From contig MU054391.1 in the NCBI GenBank assembly GCA_013239625.1, positions 1,486,711 through 1,550,710 of the forward strand: a stretch of DNA of 64,000 nt, written 5' to 3'. Made by a program: the position numbers and the translations under genes. Origin of the DNA: Lama guanicoe. Taxonomy: Eukaryota. Numbering within the stretch: the first letter of the stretch is position 1; the number at the start of each line of letters is the position of its first letter. The notes under the pieces were generated by a model. That model was given only the letters and a program-made list of their open reading frames with translations. It made no database searches and was not told the origin of the DNA. Below, in pieces: positions 49,601 to 63,700 of this stretch.

Positions 49601-51368
49601 GCTGGAGAGCCTCTTCACCACCAAAAGGAGGTGGAGAGCTGTGAAATCACACTGTTGTGGCTGATCGGCCCTCGGCCGATTACGACGGATGCACCGCTGA
49701 GTTTCACCCACCCTCACCATGAGCCGGCGTGGAGGACAGCTACCTCCCGCCTGCTCTTACCTGCCGCGTTCCCGAAAACCTGCCCCTCACTGGGGCTCCA
49801 AAATGCGCTGCAGTAAACAAAGAACGGGGTGTGGTGCCAGGAGGCCCTAGAGAATTCGGGGGGTCTGCAGCCCCCACTCCCACGGCACAGCTCACCATCA
49901 GTGCAGACACTGCGTATGCTGGTAAACGCACACCCACCAGTCTCTGACCCGAGGAGAGCCCGACTCCGGAGAAGGATGAGCCGCAGCACACAGAAGGGAA
50001 CTGCAGAGAGCCCCTCCTATCTACTCCCCAAAAGTGAGTGTCCGCTACACGTGTGACACTGGGGTGAACTCTGACCTCAGTGTCCTTAACATAATGAGGA
50101 AGAATTTTATTAATTCCACTTATCCAGATTACTTATCTTGATTCCATCCTGTTACAAAAGGCTTTATTAGGCAGCTCACACATCACCTGGAGGAAGACAG
50201 GATGAGACACACTGAAAACAGCCAAAATACCACAATTTGGTCAAAGCGTCGCCACTGGTTCAACCCAACCCCTGCAGGCAGCCAGCCACCAGCTGAACTG
50301 ACTTCACCCCAGGAGGACCTCACGTGGATGGTGTGGCCGTGGCAGAGCAGCAGGGGCCCCGACCTCAATGTGAGAGGCAGACTGGAAGGAGGGTCTTGAG
50401 CTACTATTAGAGAAGAAGCATGTGGCACCGAGGACGTGTGATAGCGAGCCCACTGCGCCTGCTGAACTTAGAGCCGGAAGAGCATCAGAGACACCCTCCA
50501 CCCCAGTCAACGCGTTTGCACGAGGGAGCAGGGCCCACGCAGGGACGGCATGAATAGCTACAGATCCGCAGGCAGAGCCCTGGGCCACTGACCCCAGGCC
50601 CTCAGTTTCTTACACAACCATCCACAGTGACCACAGGAGCAAACCAAGAGGGCAAGGAGAAAGCACATTAGAAAAGACAGTGACTGTAACATGCAGGAAG
50701 TGAGGAGCCCCTGCAGCAGGGCCCCTCCCGCCGACCATCCAGGAAGGACTAGTAGGGACATGCGGGAAGATCTGCAAAGCCCATTCCGCTGAAGACGTGC
50801 TTCTGTTCCCTGCAGCTAACTCCACTCCGGAATCAGCGTGCAGACCAAACGGCCCCACCCCTCGTTCAACAGGGATGCGACTGTGGGGTGACTTGTAGGG
50901 TCCTGAGGTCAGGCTGCCCGGCTGTGAATCCCAGTTGCTCCACTGAGGACTGAGTGACCATGGATGCTGCCTCCGCCTCCCTCTGGCCCAGTCAGCTGAC
51001 CTGCAGCGGTCCCGACTGCACAGGGTCACTGTGGGAAATGGACACGGGGCTGCAGCAAACCCTCAGGCCCAGTTCATAGCCACAACTCAACATCAGCATC
51101 GTTACCAAGGCTCCAGCTCCCTCCTTTCTGCAAACGCCCAGCACCAGAGTGAGCCAGGCACTGTCTGTGGTGCTGAGGGTGCCCCCGGACAGCCCCTGCC
51201 TGGGGAAGCACCATCTACAGAGAAACACACGGGAGCACGAACTCAGACGGTGGGTGTCAGGTGGTGGCAACTGCTACCACGAAAGATGAAACCAGGCAAA
51301 ATGACAGAGACATGAGTGGGGGCGGAGCAGTGGTTGTTTCGGATAGAATGGTTAAGAAAGACCTCTCC

Positions 51369-51515
51369 CAACACAGGGAATCCAGCCAATATTTTATGAC
51401 AACTGTAAATGGAGCACAGCCTTTAAGAACCGTGAATTACTGTGCTGCACACCTGTAACGTAATTCTGTACAGCAACTATACTTCAATGAAAATTAATTG
51501 ATTAATTAGATAAAA
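51369..51515 (+). mobile_element. L1 3' end stub inserted into a minus-strand L2 fragment (L2 spans ~51130-51570)
   Basis: ...tgctgcacacctgtaacgtaattctgtacagcaactatacttcaat is an L1 3' end. Flanks aagaaagacctctc / aaaaaggggcctctctgaagagg resemble the interrupted L2 motif. Confidence 0.6.
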
Positions 51516-53339
51516 TATTTCTCCTTTGCAGTCAAAAAAGGGGCCTCTCTGAAGAGGGACACTGAGCCGAGAGGAGCTGCATCCTGGGTCAGAGGCACCC
51601 CCCGCCCCCCACCCAGGTCAGATCAGGACCTGCGTCCCCACAGTGTAGAACCGGGGAATCAGTCTGGGGGGGGTCTGAGGGGCATGTTACCCCAACCCCT
51701 TCACAGCCTTATTTACAGACCTGGAAGGTACATTTCCACGGGGACCCTGCCACGGAGCCATCAGCACAGCTATGAGACATCACCTCCTCTTCCGGAATGG
51801 AGAGCTAATCTAGAGAAACGGTGACTTTCCAGTGCTCATCTGGCCACCTCAGGGCAGGTGAGCACAGGAGACCCTGGACACGGCCTGACTCTGCTTGCTG
51901 AGGTGCAGATGTGGGGCCGTGCACACCACGCCCTGTGCTGCCCCAGAGTGAGGAAGGCCAAGTGGCCCGAGGACAGGAGCCCCACAGCTCATCCCTGCCC
52001 GTCGGGGCAGCAACAGCTCGTGCACCGGGCACCATGTGGCACCCTGGATGCGCCCCCCACCCCCAGCAGCGGCCGGCAGTCAGGACGGCTGGGAGCCCCT
52101 CTCATGAACTGCTCTCTGCCCAAGTAATACACCAAAAAGGAAAGCAAGCAAGCAAAGAAGAACACCGCTGTCGCCCACTTGACCACAAACAGCACCCTTC
52201 ACGTCCACGTCGTGTTCACCGGACTTAAATTTCCAAAACTCGAACTCCCTGTCTCCTAATGAGACTTCGACATCACTGACGATGCATAAAAGAACACACA
52301 CGCCAACCCGACCGCCGGCGAGGACGCGGGGACTGGCCCCTCGGACACGGCTGGCGGGGGGATCACCGGCAGCTGCTCCAGAGCAGAGCGCGGCCGCTTC
52401 TGCAAAACAAGACGCTGCCCCGCCCAGCCGGCAGCTTGCGGCCTCGGCCAGGAGAGAGGAGACGCGGAGCCGGGGGGACCAGCGTGCTGACGCTCAGGGG
52501 ACCTTCACTCACAGCAGCCCAGTGCCGGGGCCCAGGCGCGCATCCACAGCCAAGCGCCTACAGGGACGGCGGCCCAGCGACCAGGAGTCTGGTGCAGAAC
52601 AAGCAGGAAGGAGCGACTCCAGGCCAAGCCTCCAGGGGTCCAAGCGTCCAGGCGGGACGAGGGCAACGTGTAGAACACACTGGAAGTGACCCGTTACGTG
52701 GGGAGGGAGGCGCAGACCCAACACTGCCAGGACAAAGCACGGGGCGCGGGGAGAGGGCGGTGGACATAAAAAGGCGCCACGACCGAGCACGCGTGGGACA
52801 CGTGGGCCGTCCCCTCACCTCGTTCCTGGTGGGGACCCTGACCGGCAGCCAGGCTGGGTACCCGCTGGGGAGCGGGCGGGGGCACACGGGTCCCCAGTGC
52901 TGCTCCTGCACCTGCACTGCAGGGAAAAGGCTGGACACACGTAACAAGAAAGAATTCAAGAAATACTCTGAACAATGAGGTAGCTTCGGAATACCAGCAT
53001 CCCGGTGAACCTGAGGAAGATGTGCTGAAATGTCCACAAGCGTCCCTTTCGCAGGTGTGGGAGCACAAGTGTGCAATGCGGATTCACTCCCCGACGACAC
53101 TGGTGGACAGGCTTGGCCTGTGGCTCGACGGCACTTGTGACGGGGAGCGTGGACCCAGCTGCGGGGTGGGAGGCAGACAGACAGCCTCTCCCTCAGCTCC
53201 TTGTCCACGCCCCACAAGGGGAAGTTCCTTCCTCCGAGTGCACCCCCTCGCTGCACCCCTCAAAGGCATGGACCTCCCACAGTGACTGCAGGCCTGTGCT
53301 GTGTCTCAGCCACCCCCCGGTGCCAGCGCAGCTCCTGGG

Positions 53340-53462
53340 ACAGGCACACATGGATGCACACACGGGCACACACACGTGCTCATGCTCCCACACTCACACA
53401 GACATGCACACACACGCATGCATACAGGCACACACTCTCACTCTCACACACACACACACATG
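53340..53462. repeat. Degenerate (CA)n microsatellite
   Basis: Directly visible. Confidence 0.9.
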
Positions 53463-53719
53463 CAAATGTTTGCTGGGAAAACAGGGCTGTCATCTGAGAC
53501 ATGGGCTCTGAGCAGCCCTGTGCAGTGGCAGCTGAGGCAGCTCCCCAGGGGGGCAGGACACCCCCTGCATCCCTCCTTCTCTGCGGACGGTGCGATGCCT
53601 TGGGGAGAAGAGACCCCGCAGACAGACAAAGGCCTCCCAGGGCCCCTTGCCACGGGGCCCGCAGCTCTGCGACCCCCTGCCTCCAGACGTGGGTGACGCT
53701 GGGGACTGGGATTGGTCCC

Positions 53720-53980
53720 AGCTCCAAGTGTCACCTCCTCAGAGAGTCCCTCACCAATTCCTCTAGTCAAAATTAATGACTTTCTCCCCAGAGGGCCCAT
53801 AGCACACAGTTCATCACAACTCCAGGGCTGTCCCTGCTGGCCCAGGGTCTTGCTTCGCTGTTCACACCGTGGTCTCCCTGAGAGATGTGACTCCTTGAGG
53901 CCTGTCCCCGACCCATCACCCTGGGTCCCTGGAGCCTGGCAGCGTGTGCAGCAGGTGTTTAATAACGTCTCCTGGATTAA
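53720..53980 (+). mobile_element. L2 3' fragment
   Basis: ctccaagtgtcacctcctcagagagtccctc...gcctggcagcgtgtgcagcaggtgtttaataa. Confidence 0.6.
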
Positions 53981-54675
53981 GTTGGCTTAATTGGCTCTCA
54001 TGCACACACATGCACGCGGGGGTGCTCCGGAGTTAGTAAAGCACGACGACCCACAGCGCAGACACCGTAGCCGGCCCCTTCTAGGAAGCACGGCTCTGTA
54101 AGTGGGCCAAGGCCCAGCGCTCGGAGAGGGGCTGCGAGTGTCCTGTGGAGGGTCCGAGGGCCGCCCTGGGGCGCAGCACTCCCGCCACCACAGCGGGGCA
54201 GCCAGGGGCACTGAGGGATGGTGGTGGCATCTCTCCGTTCTGAGACGGCAAAGGACAGGACACCTGGGGGAAATGAATGTGGCCCGAAGCTGCGGAGAGG
54301 GGCGTGTGGGGCCTCCAGCGGGGTCCACAGAGGAAGAAACCATAGGCCTTGAGCCTGAAGTCACAAATCAGTTAGCTTACGCACAGGGTTGCTGAGTGAA
54401 AGTGTATTTCTGAGGTAAAGGCACCACAAGGCCGCAGGGCACCTGACTGCCAGCCCCCCGGCAGGTGCCGAAACCTGACTTCAGAAGACCGGGGACTGGA
54501 CGCAGCCTCTCTCAGCACGTGTGCAGTGGGGCTTCCACCCACATGTCTAATCGGGAGAACAACTGGCACTAAAAAGACAGAAGCAGGCAGTGGGTGTCAC
54601 CTTCTTTGAAGACCGGAGAGGCCTCTGCGGCGTGGGCCTGACCTCCAGGCCTGCCAGGTGCAGGGCTGAACCTAC

Positions 54676-54832
54676 CAGGCAGTGCTGCCGCGGGCCGCGT
54701 GGTCCAGGTGGCAGAGCAGCTCCAGGGCGTGTGCGGGGCTCGCTGCGTCCTCGGGGGACTCGTGGCCGCCGGGCTCCAGCTCTGCGGGCATCCTCCACAC
54801 CGCAGCGCACGTCAGCACCTTGCTGTCTGCAG
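54676..54832 (-). CDS. EIPR1: EIPR1/TSSC1 coding exon 4 (157 nt)
   Basis: Minus strand: acceptor ttgctcag|CT, donor CTG|gtaggt. Translates (x)[51 protein letters not shown](C), matching recalled EIPR1. This frame is missing from the ORF track. The terminal TG joins C of exon 5 to make Cys. Confidence 0.95.
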
Positions 54833-56449
54833 CTGAGCAACAAACGACAGGTCAGCAGGGCGTGGGGACCCCCCTGCCCAGCCATCAGCACCCTGCCCAG
54901 ACCCCTGCCCTGCGCTGGCCAGGCAGGCAGCGCCCCGCCCCTGTTCCCCTGTTCCAGAACATCATCCTGTTTCACAAGAAAATTTAATTTCCTCAAAATC
55001 AATCTCCTGTTCTTCTTCAAAAGTTCTTCAAAACAGGGAGTGTAATGGGGGTGGAGGCCCTACAGATACAATCACTGTGGTGTAGCTGGGTGCTAAGATG
55101 GACATGAGACAGCTCTTCCCTCCAACCTCTGTGAGAGAACCTTGCACAGGGACCAGGCCCTGCGTGTGCTCCCCCCACACGTATGCACTAGACGGTGTCT
55201 GTGATGCTCCCAGCCCCATCTACTGAGCGGGGCCTGGGGCACCGCAGGCTCAGCCCTGGCGGACAGCAGCCAGGGACTCCACTGTGACATCCTCCGCCGC
55301 CCCGCCAGCCACTTGGGCACAGCATCGCCCACAAACGAGGGCATCCTTGCAGGCTCCTGCCGGTGGCTGCCCGGCACCCCCTCAGGCCTGACACCCCTGA
55401 TTTAGAAGATGTATCTGTGGAACCCCTTGAAAAGCCGCTTTGTGGATGGAGAGACTAAGCACAGACAAGAGAGACGGGTCACCTCTTCTCAGGGAACATG
55501 CCCAGATCTTGGGCTCTGCCCTCCAGATAATCTTTCAATAAGACCGAAAACAAGACAAAAAGACAAAGGAAACAAGGAGGAACAGATTTAACATTAGGTG
55601 ACAAACACTGAATCATACATTCCCCAGTATAAGTCCCTTCAAAATCTGCTTCCCGTTTAGTTCTAAACAGCATACATGCCAAAAGCCTTCTCCTTTTAAA
55701 GGCGGTCTTTAATAAGCAATGATGAAATGATGGACAGGCTTCACCATTAAATCATCACTTGGTATCAAGAGAAAAACAAAGAAGAATTGTAGAAAAAGAA
55801 CACCCATGAGTAGTGATTCCCACACATGAAATAAGGAAAAAAACAAAAGGCCTTACGGTACTTTCAAAAATGTCCCACTTCTGACTGGGTCGGTTTCTGT
55901 CTACACGAGAAATTAATTTTTCCTGAGATTTCCAGCCCTGCACTCTCTCTGTAGAGCCCATGAGATTGGCAGTGGAACTCCTGACAACAGGAGGGTAACT
56001 AATGAAGGAGAGTTGGCAACTCCTTTCTGCAAAGAAGTGAACGCCCGAAACATTCACCCAGTGGAGGCACAGGCTATCTGAATCCTCCCAAGTGACACAA
56101 AAAGACACGTCTAATCTGCAAAGTGATGGAACTAATAATGTGAGAACTACGTCGTGGCTGCACTGCACCAAGAGCAAACTACACGGAATGACACAAGGTA
56201 CCAGACAGCGAAAACAGCTGTGGTACAGAGACAGGCCTAGCGGCAGGTCCCCCGCTGAACAAGCCCTTCTCTGGAGAATTTTGTTCAAGTGTCAGGAAAG
56301 TAACTCTTCCTGTGCTGTCTGCCCACCCAGCAAACATAACAGCTGGGGGCGACACAGTAAACGCTTTCCCCTTGGAAAGAGGACTGAGATGAGATTGCTT
56401 TGTGTTGCCACCTCTAGTTAGCACTCTACTAGGAGTCCTAACTACTCCG

Positions 56450-57770
56450 TACGGCCAGAAAAAAAGGTACGGTATAAGAATAGGAAAAGGATAAAAATAC
56501 TATTACTTGCTCACGCTTACCTGTGCAGAAAACTTAAGAGGATCTACAGGTACACATACAGATATCAGAAATAAAACAGGGACTTCAGCAAAATTGCTAA
56601 ACATAAAGGTGACACCTAAAAATCAATTGACATCTATAGATTAGCAACAAAAGTTCAGAAAACAAAAGTTGAAGAAGAATCAATGCTCAAATTAAAGAAT
56701 GAAACATCCAGTAACATCTCAAACCACAGACAGTGAAGTAAGAACACCGCTGAGAGGCAGCAGAGGCCCAGTGGATGGAGGGGCGAGCCATGCTCATGGA
56801 TGGAAGCTTCCTGACTGCAGTCCGTGAGCTCCAAAGTTCTAGCGGATTTTTTGGGGGGTTTTGTTTGTTTTTTGATAGAAATCAAAAACCTACTCTGAAG
56901 TCCTAAAACTTACATACAAATGTGAACTGCCCAGACAGCCAACACAGTGACGCAGAAGAACAAACTGGATGCTTTACAATCTGGTATCAGTTTCCTGCTG
57001 ATACACAGATTAGATAAATAGCCCAGAGAAAGACTATGGATCCAGAAACAGACCTTACAAAGATGGACACCTAGTTTACAACATGATGCCATTTTTGGAG
57101 TGGACAAAGGATGGCCTTTTCAATAAAAGAACCTGGATCCATTGTACATCCATATGAAAAAGTGAATTGCATTTCTACCTCACAACACACCCCAAAACTA
57201 AGTCCAGATAAGTCAAAATAGGAAAGATAAAATAATAAAAATCTTCTCTAGAATACGTAGTAGAATATCCTCACAACCTTGGAATAAGCAGAGATTTATT
57301 AATCAGGGCAGAAAAACCACTAATCAATCACAAAGGAAAAGACTGGCAACAGGCCGAATTAAAATTGAGAACTTCCATTCACCAGCAGACGCTGACATCA
57401 TCAAACTTTAAGACTTCAGCCCTTAGAGACTATTTAAAAAATTGGAGAAACCTGGAGAAAATACTCAGAATACATGTCTAGAAAGGGCTTGTATCCAGAA
57501 TACATAAAGAATTCTTACAACTCAGTAATAGGAAAAATAACCCAATTTTTTTAAATGCGCAGAAGACTGAATCAGACATTTCACAGAAGAAAACATATGA
57601 ATGGTCAATGAGCACCAGAAAAGACGCTCAACACTGACAGTAATTGAGGAAACACAGAATAAAACCAAAATGAGACACATGACATAGCTGCCAGGACAGA
57701 TCAACTTTAACGTGAAGAAGATCAACACCACTAAGTATTGGCAAAGACGGCGGTGGAGACGTGCCCCTAC
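56450..57770 (+). mobile_element. Ancient L1M ORF2-derived fragments
   Basis: A-rich DNA with L1 ORF2-like motifs (aaagggcttgtatccagaatacataaagaattcttacaactcagtaa; agacatttcacagaagaa). Confidence 0.8.
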
Positions 57771-60700
57771 TTTGAGGACCAAGGAAGTGAAGGACTGGGC
57801 CCTGTCTAATCCCCTCTCTGGCCTCTGCAGAAAGTCTGGCAGATGACCGTGGGCCACCAGGAGCCCAGCAAAGGGGGTGCCCCACTCACGGCTATGCTGT
57901 TGGACGTGGGTCTTTTTCAGAGCTGTTCCCTCAGCCTCAAGTCCAGGAACTGTGGACGCTGCCCTCCAGACCCATCCTTTCCTACCCCAGGGAAGAGAGG
58001 GCCAGGGAATCGTCTGTGTCTCTCTGGAGAGGAAACTGGGGGTGGTTTTGCCCCACTTGCTATCAAGATACAGTCCAAACGCACCCTCTCCGCGTGTGGG
58101 AGAAGCACACACACTCGAGGCCGGAGGACAACGGCCTGGCTGGCTGGTCAGAAGCACAGGAGTCCCAGAGAAAGACTGGAAGACAATGAGGCATGAAGCC
58201 GAGTCAGACACAGACGTTGCCCACAAGGATGCAAAACCTAGTCCAATGGTTAAATAACACAAGGTCAAGAGTGGCGACAGCTTTGAGAGAGATCCAGGGG
58301 AAGTGCGAAAGGAAAGAGGCCCTTCCCTCCGGCACAGGGTTACAGGGAAAGAGTGCCGGGAACGCAGCTGTTTAACCTAAGCCCCGAGGAAGGTTTGGGC
58401 ACACGGAAATAAACGCAAAGGTGTTCAAAAGTAGGATTAAGGGCCCAGGGGACTCAGAAGACGGAGAACGGCCAACGGCTCAATCTGGGCTACAGCAAGG
58501 TGACTTAAACCTGAGAGAAGTGAGGTATGAAGCCCTCTGAGGACCAGACGAGAAGCGTGGAGGGTCTGCTCCAGATAATGGGAGGGGGCTGGTGGTTCTG
58601 AGTCAGGACACAAGTGCCCGGCAGGGAAAAGAACTCAAATCAACACAAAAGGAGGGCTGAGAGCACCACGCTTCAGGATGGATGGCCCGGCATCAGCACG
58701 AAAGATGGACAAATCAGAAAACAGGCTGGGACATGAGTCAGGAAGTAATGGCAATGCCCATGAATCCACGAGGTGCACAGCTGGAGAGGACAGCCTTCAT
58801 TCCACACTCTTGAAGCCCACGTGCACACACCTCCATGTGGTCCTGTGACACACAGCTGGCTCCTGTGTGCGCCAGGAGGGGGCATGGCCTCCATAACTTT
58901 CACAGCCTACCACCAGGGAAACCCAGAGTGTGGACACTGTGGATGTGATAACATGCAAAACTTCCTCCACTGGGCTCATCTTAGATCTGAACAAGGGAGC
59001 CAGGGCACAGCTGGGGGTGTGCCACAGGGTGAAGAGTCCCACGGGAGTTCCCACGGGGCAGGTGGGATCTGGACACGTAATGGATGGGCTCACATAAGAC
59101 AAAAAGAAAACCACTAGATACTGGGACACGTTGGACCTGCACCCTCTACCCAAGGGCTTGTACCTGGACAGACATCTTCTCAAGCAACAGAACTCAAGGA
59201 AACCATAAGGGGCCTAAAACAGCTGCACACATGTGCAGTCAGTCAGGGCAACTATGAACAATAAGATTCAAAAAGGCCGCAAACCAACTGCCACTTCTGA
59301 GGGGCCGGGAGCAAAAGCAGGTTCTGCGCACAATCCCGGCACACGGTACCACCACAGGGGCGAGCAGGCCCCGCCCAAGCCTCCCTCCACCCGACCTGCC
59401 CATGTGCCCCACCCGCACCTCACTGAAGGAGCTAAGGGCACCTGCTTCTTGTTCTCCCCCGGCGCTGCAGCATGAGCCCCAGCAAAGCCTGAAACAGCCC
59501 AAGACCCAGGTCAGCAACAAGACTTTCGCAAAATGTGCTGAACCAATACATTTTTCTAAAAATTCACAAGAAGTACAAGGTTTAAGAGAATTTCTAGCAT
59601 ATAGAAAATCTGGATTTTCTGAAAGATTATGAATTTTTCTTCCCGGAACTTACTCTGAAAATTTGATGGGTACAAGGTGAGTGCAAAGTCCCTTACTGAA
59701 ACATGCAAACACTGGAAATCACCCCAAGGAGGACCAGAAAGTCAGACTTCGGTGCCACAAGATGCACCAGTCAACATCACTCCCACTCCACCCTCGAAAT
59801 GTGCCAAGCTGCAAAATGTGCTGAATCACAAGTGTGCTTTAGATCCAAGAAACGCGGTAGGCATTATCAGGAACTCTGCAAATCCTCAGAAGCAGATGAA
59901 ATTGAAGGTAAACAGTGCGAGATGAGAAACGCTGGAGGTGTCCATCGAGACATGCAAATTGGCTCTGGAACTCTGAGGATTTCCACATCTGCATGAATCT
60001 CGGTAGCGCATTCAACACACATCCACCAGTTATCAAAGAAACCAAGGTGCTTTTAGGAAGGAAAACCTGATCTTTAGAAGGAAAAGGCTGTAATAACCAG
60101 TGAGGCATTCTCTTCTTATCTCTGTCTTCAGAGCTCGCCTGAAGACGGTCCCGTGCTGAATTAGGACTAAAGTGACCGGAGCCCCCAGAGGGCAGGCCGG
60201 CGTCTCTACAAGCCAAGCTGCTTCACTCAACAGATTCAGACCCAAGGTCATCCCAGCTGAGGGAACCCCTGCACCACGCCCCCATTCTACAATTGAGGAA
60301 ATGAGCCACCCTCCCCTGAATCACGCGGTTCACTAGCCCCAGAGTTAGAAACAAAATGAAGTCTCCTGGCTCTGGGAGGGCCCAGCGCTCTGAAAGGGAA
60401 AATCCCGATCTGTGTCTCGAAGGCTCATGTGATGCCAGTCTAGCTTTTCCATGTAACACGTGAGCCAAAGGCACTTAATGAGATAAAAAGATAATCGGGC
60501 AAATGAATGGAAAATGCATCCTTGAGGCTGCCAACTGTCCCCACGCGGTGTGTGGAGGGCTGCAGGGATTATGAGTCCAAGCTTAGGGGACTCAAAGGAG
60601 ATTAGAGCCTTTGTAAGCCTGAATAGCCGCTCTGGTCGGCTCAGCTAAGGGCTAGCGGTGCCCAGCTGGGGACATAATCTGATCCAGCTGGAGGGGAGGA

Positions 60701-63700
60701 GGTGCCCCCAGGGCACTGCAAGTTGGAATCCGAGGCTATTCTTAGAGATTTCAGCGGTCTCTGAGTCTGACACAGGCTGAGCAGGATGAATGAGGCGGGG
60801 TGCAGCTCCACTGAGCACCCACCTGACCAGCTGTAACTCTCGTGTCTGCCCGTGAGCCCAAGGGAGGCGCCCAAAACGCCCTCCCCCACAGTCAGGGCCC
60901 TCTCAGTGGTCCACAGAGCGTCCTGCATGAACCATGCCTCCTGGGGCCTGTGGGCAGGAAGCAGCCTGCAGGCAGGAACAAAGGAGAAAGAGGCTTCTCA
61001 CCCCCCAGCACCAGAAGCCTGAGGGTGGGGCAGGGGAGATGCCATCTGTGGAAATGGCTCCCGACTGCAGTGGCCAGGGTTAGGGGGGGTGGCTGGCTGT
61101 GGCTTGAGACAGGTGGGCACAGAGGGGAAGTGCCCTAGAGCACACCAGGCAGGTGGGGTGGCTGGCGGTGGAGAAGAGAGAGAAGAGATCTGGGCAGGCC
61201 CTGGAGCATCCCTGATCCGTGCAACCAGCAGGACCAAGTCTGGGGGAAACCTGCCCTGAGTCCCCACAGGGAAGTTACCCGTTGAGCCCCTCAGCACGCA
61301 TCCTCCCCATATGGTTTTGTGCCTTTATCCCCAGGTCTGAGGACAAGGCAACCAGACCTCATGGTCAGACATCCCCACACCCGCCCCGCCGGCTCACCCA
61401 GAGCTGGACCCCGGCCTCCCAACTGCAGGTGCACTTCTCCCTCCTGCGCTGCTCCTCGCGGTTGGGTAGCAGCGGGGGCCGTGGACAGACAGACGGGCAT
61501 TCAGAGGGCGGAATCTGAGCCCAGGGAGGTAGGGCCGTGGAGGACTCACTGCCCCGTGTGCCTCGTGGGTGGTGAGAACTCAGAGCATGTTTGTTGAATA
61601 AATGAGCAAGTATCCCGCCTGGTTTCAATACTAGTGAGCAAGCCCTTCTGCAGAGGGAGGGGCGCTCCGGCCTATTCCCACGAAAGCCCCAGCCCCACCA
61701 GCGTGGCTCCAGGAATGAGCCTGCGCTCAGCGGGATGCACAGGCACAGCTCTGTGACCAGGGCCAGTGCAAGGATACGGGCGCCCCGCTCAGTCCGCAGG
61801 AACTCGCTCCACGGTCCTGGTTGCTGCAGCCCTGGGTCCCTTCTGAGAGCTGCCTGCGCGGCGGCCCCGCCCTCTCCTTGGCCCTTCCTCCTGGTTCCGC
61901 ACCTCCTGTCACTTCTCTCCTGCTCAGGGTGGTGTGCACAGGCCCCTAAGACGGGGCCAGGCCAGGGGCCGGGTGGTGTCCACATGCAGCGCCCCGCACA
62001 GCGACCTGGTCTACCAGCTCCTCCCATCTGCGAGCGAGGCTCACTCCTGCGCTTCCTCCTGCGGCCACGCCAGCAGCGGGCTGTGCTCATTAACGCAAAA
62101 CTCCACTCAACTTAGAAACATGGAAACTCGATCTCTCTACTTTGCCCAGAAGTGCCCTGGGTTTGCAGTGGGTTTGCCCCGGCTGCTGGCGTCCCTCACC
62201 GGCCCTGGAGGAGGGAGGAGGGTGGGGAAGGGCAGCTCCACCCCGTCACCAGGAACGTTTGTATCTTTCTTGTTAGAAGGAAAAGCAGAACAAAACAAAA
62301 CGATGAGAAAAGGCAAATGGAAGGGAGCAGTTCCAGTGACAAGATGAAAACACGAGGACAGGGTGAGGGTTTAGTCAGCTGCTCCAAAGCCACGGTCCTC
62401 AGACGCGGCACGTGAGTGTCTGCTGCGTGCAGAGACCTCGGCCTCCCACCAAGGGTCCCGCAGAAGCTCTCAGACGGCCAATTCAAAATGCAACTTAAGT
62501 CACTAAGTTGTAACATTCCCTGTTGAATAAAGCTCATTTCTACCCATCCAATCACCTCAAACTAAAACCCTGTGCTGAAACCTGATTCTAAAATAAATTA
62601 TTTGAATTTTCTTCTTTTTTCAAAAGTAATTGTGATTATTTCAAATTCCTAAATTCCCACAGATGGGTCAGAAAAAGAGACAAAATAGAAATGACAGGTA
62701 CTTTTCACAGAAATGAGAGACTGAAACCACAGATTCCACGGAACAGTGCAGGCCCCTTTCTCACACACCGGAGGGTCTCCTACTGGTTAAGTTGAGTGAG
62801 GTTCAGATGGAAAGGCCAAATTCAAATACCAGAAGTGCTGGAAAATGGGAATTTTACATCCAACACCACAAAAAAGAGAGCCAGTGAGAGCTCATAAGTG
62901 CAGCATCCATGAGATCCCAGCTGACTCAACTAAGTGAGGACGACCCCCACAAACACACTGTCCGCCGCCCCCCAGCCGGACGGGTGTGAGCAGTGTCCCC
63001 AAGGCCCGCTGGCCTGTCCTCTGTGCCCGAGCTGGGGAGACCCTCCCCCCCACGGCACTTGCAGGGTGGAGGGCCAGGCCTGCCCTGCAACCACCCCGCA
63101 GCTCACACAGCCCTGGACATGGCCAGGCGGAGTGGGGCTGTCAGTCCCTCCACCTTTTGTCCGGAACACTCGAAGCCCTAGCAGCTGAGGTGGGGCGTCG
63201 CCTTCTCCCCTCCCTGCGCACAGGCCTGTGCACAGCCAAGCCTCCTCTAAACCGTGGCCCCCGTTCGGGCCTCTCGTGCCTTCCCTCGTGTTTAACCTTG
63301 AAAGCCATCTGCCAACAGTCTGCCCTCAGAGCCTACAGACAGTCCTGGTTGAGGCTGCGGCGTTGGCTCCCGGCAGGCGTGCACTGTGATGGCCTGGGGA
63401 CCAAGCCAGCTGGCGGCGCCACGCCACTGACCGGAACGGCCACTGAAGTGTGGGTGGGCCCTCTGCAGTGCCTTGTCCTCTGAGATGTCTCGTGTTTTCC
63501 TCTCAGTGCCGTGGGAAGCATTTCAATCAGTGCACAGAGAGCAGTGTGCTCTGGGGATGGGGGGCAGGGGTGCCCTGCATTCCCTCGTGCCCCGCTGGGC
63601 ACCTCGCAGGGTACAGGCTCTGGTGTCCCCTGGGTATCACTGCATCCATCTGCCCGGGGCCCTCCACCTCACGTGCAGACAGGAAACCACAGCTCAGGGA

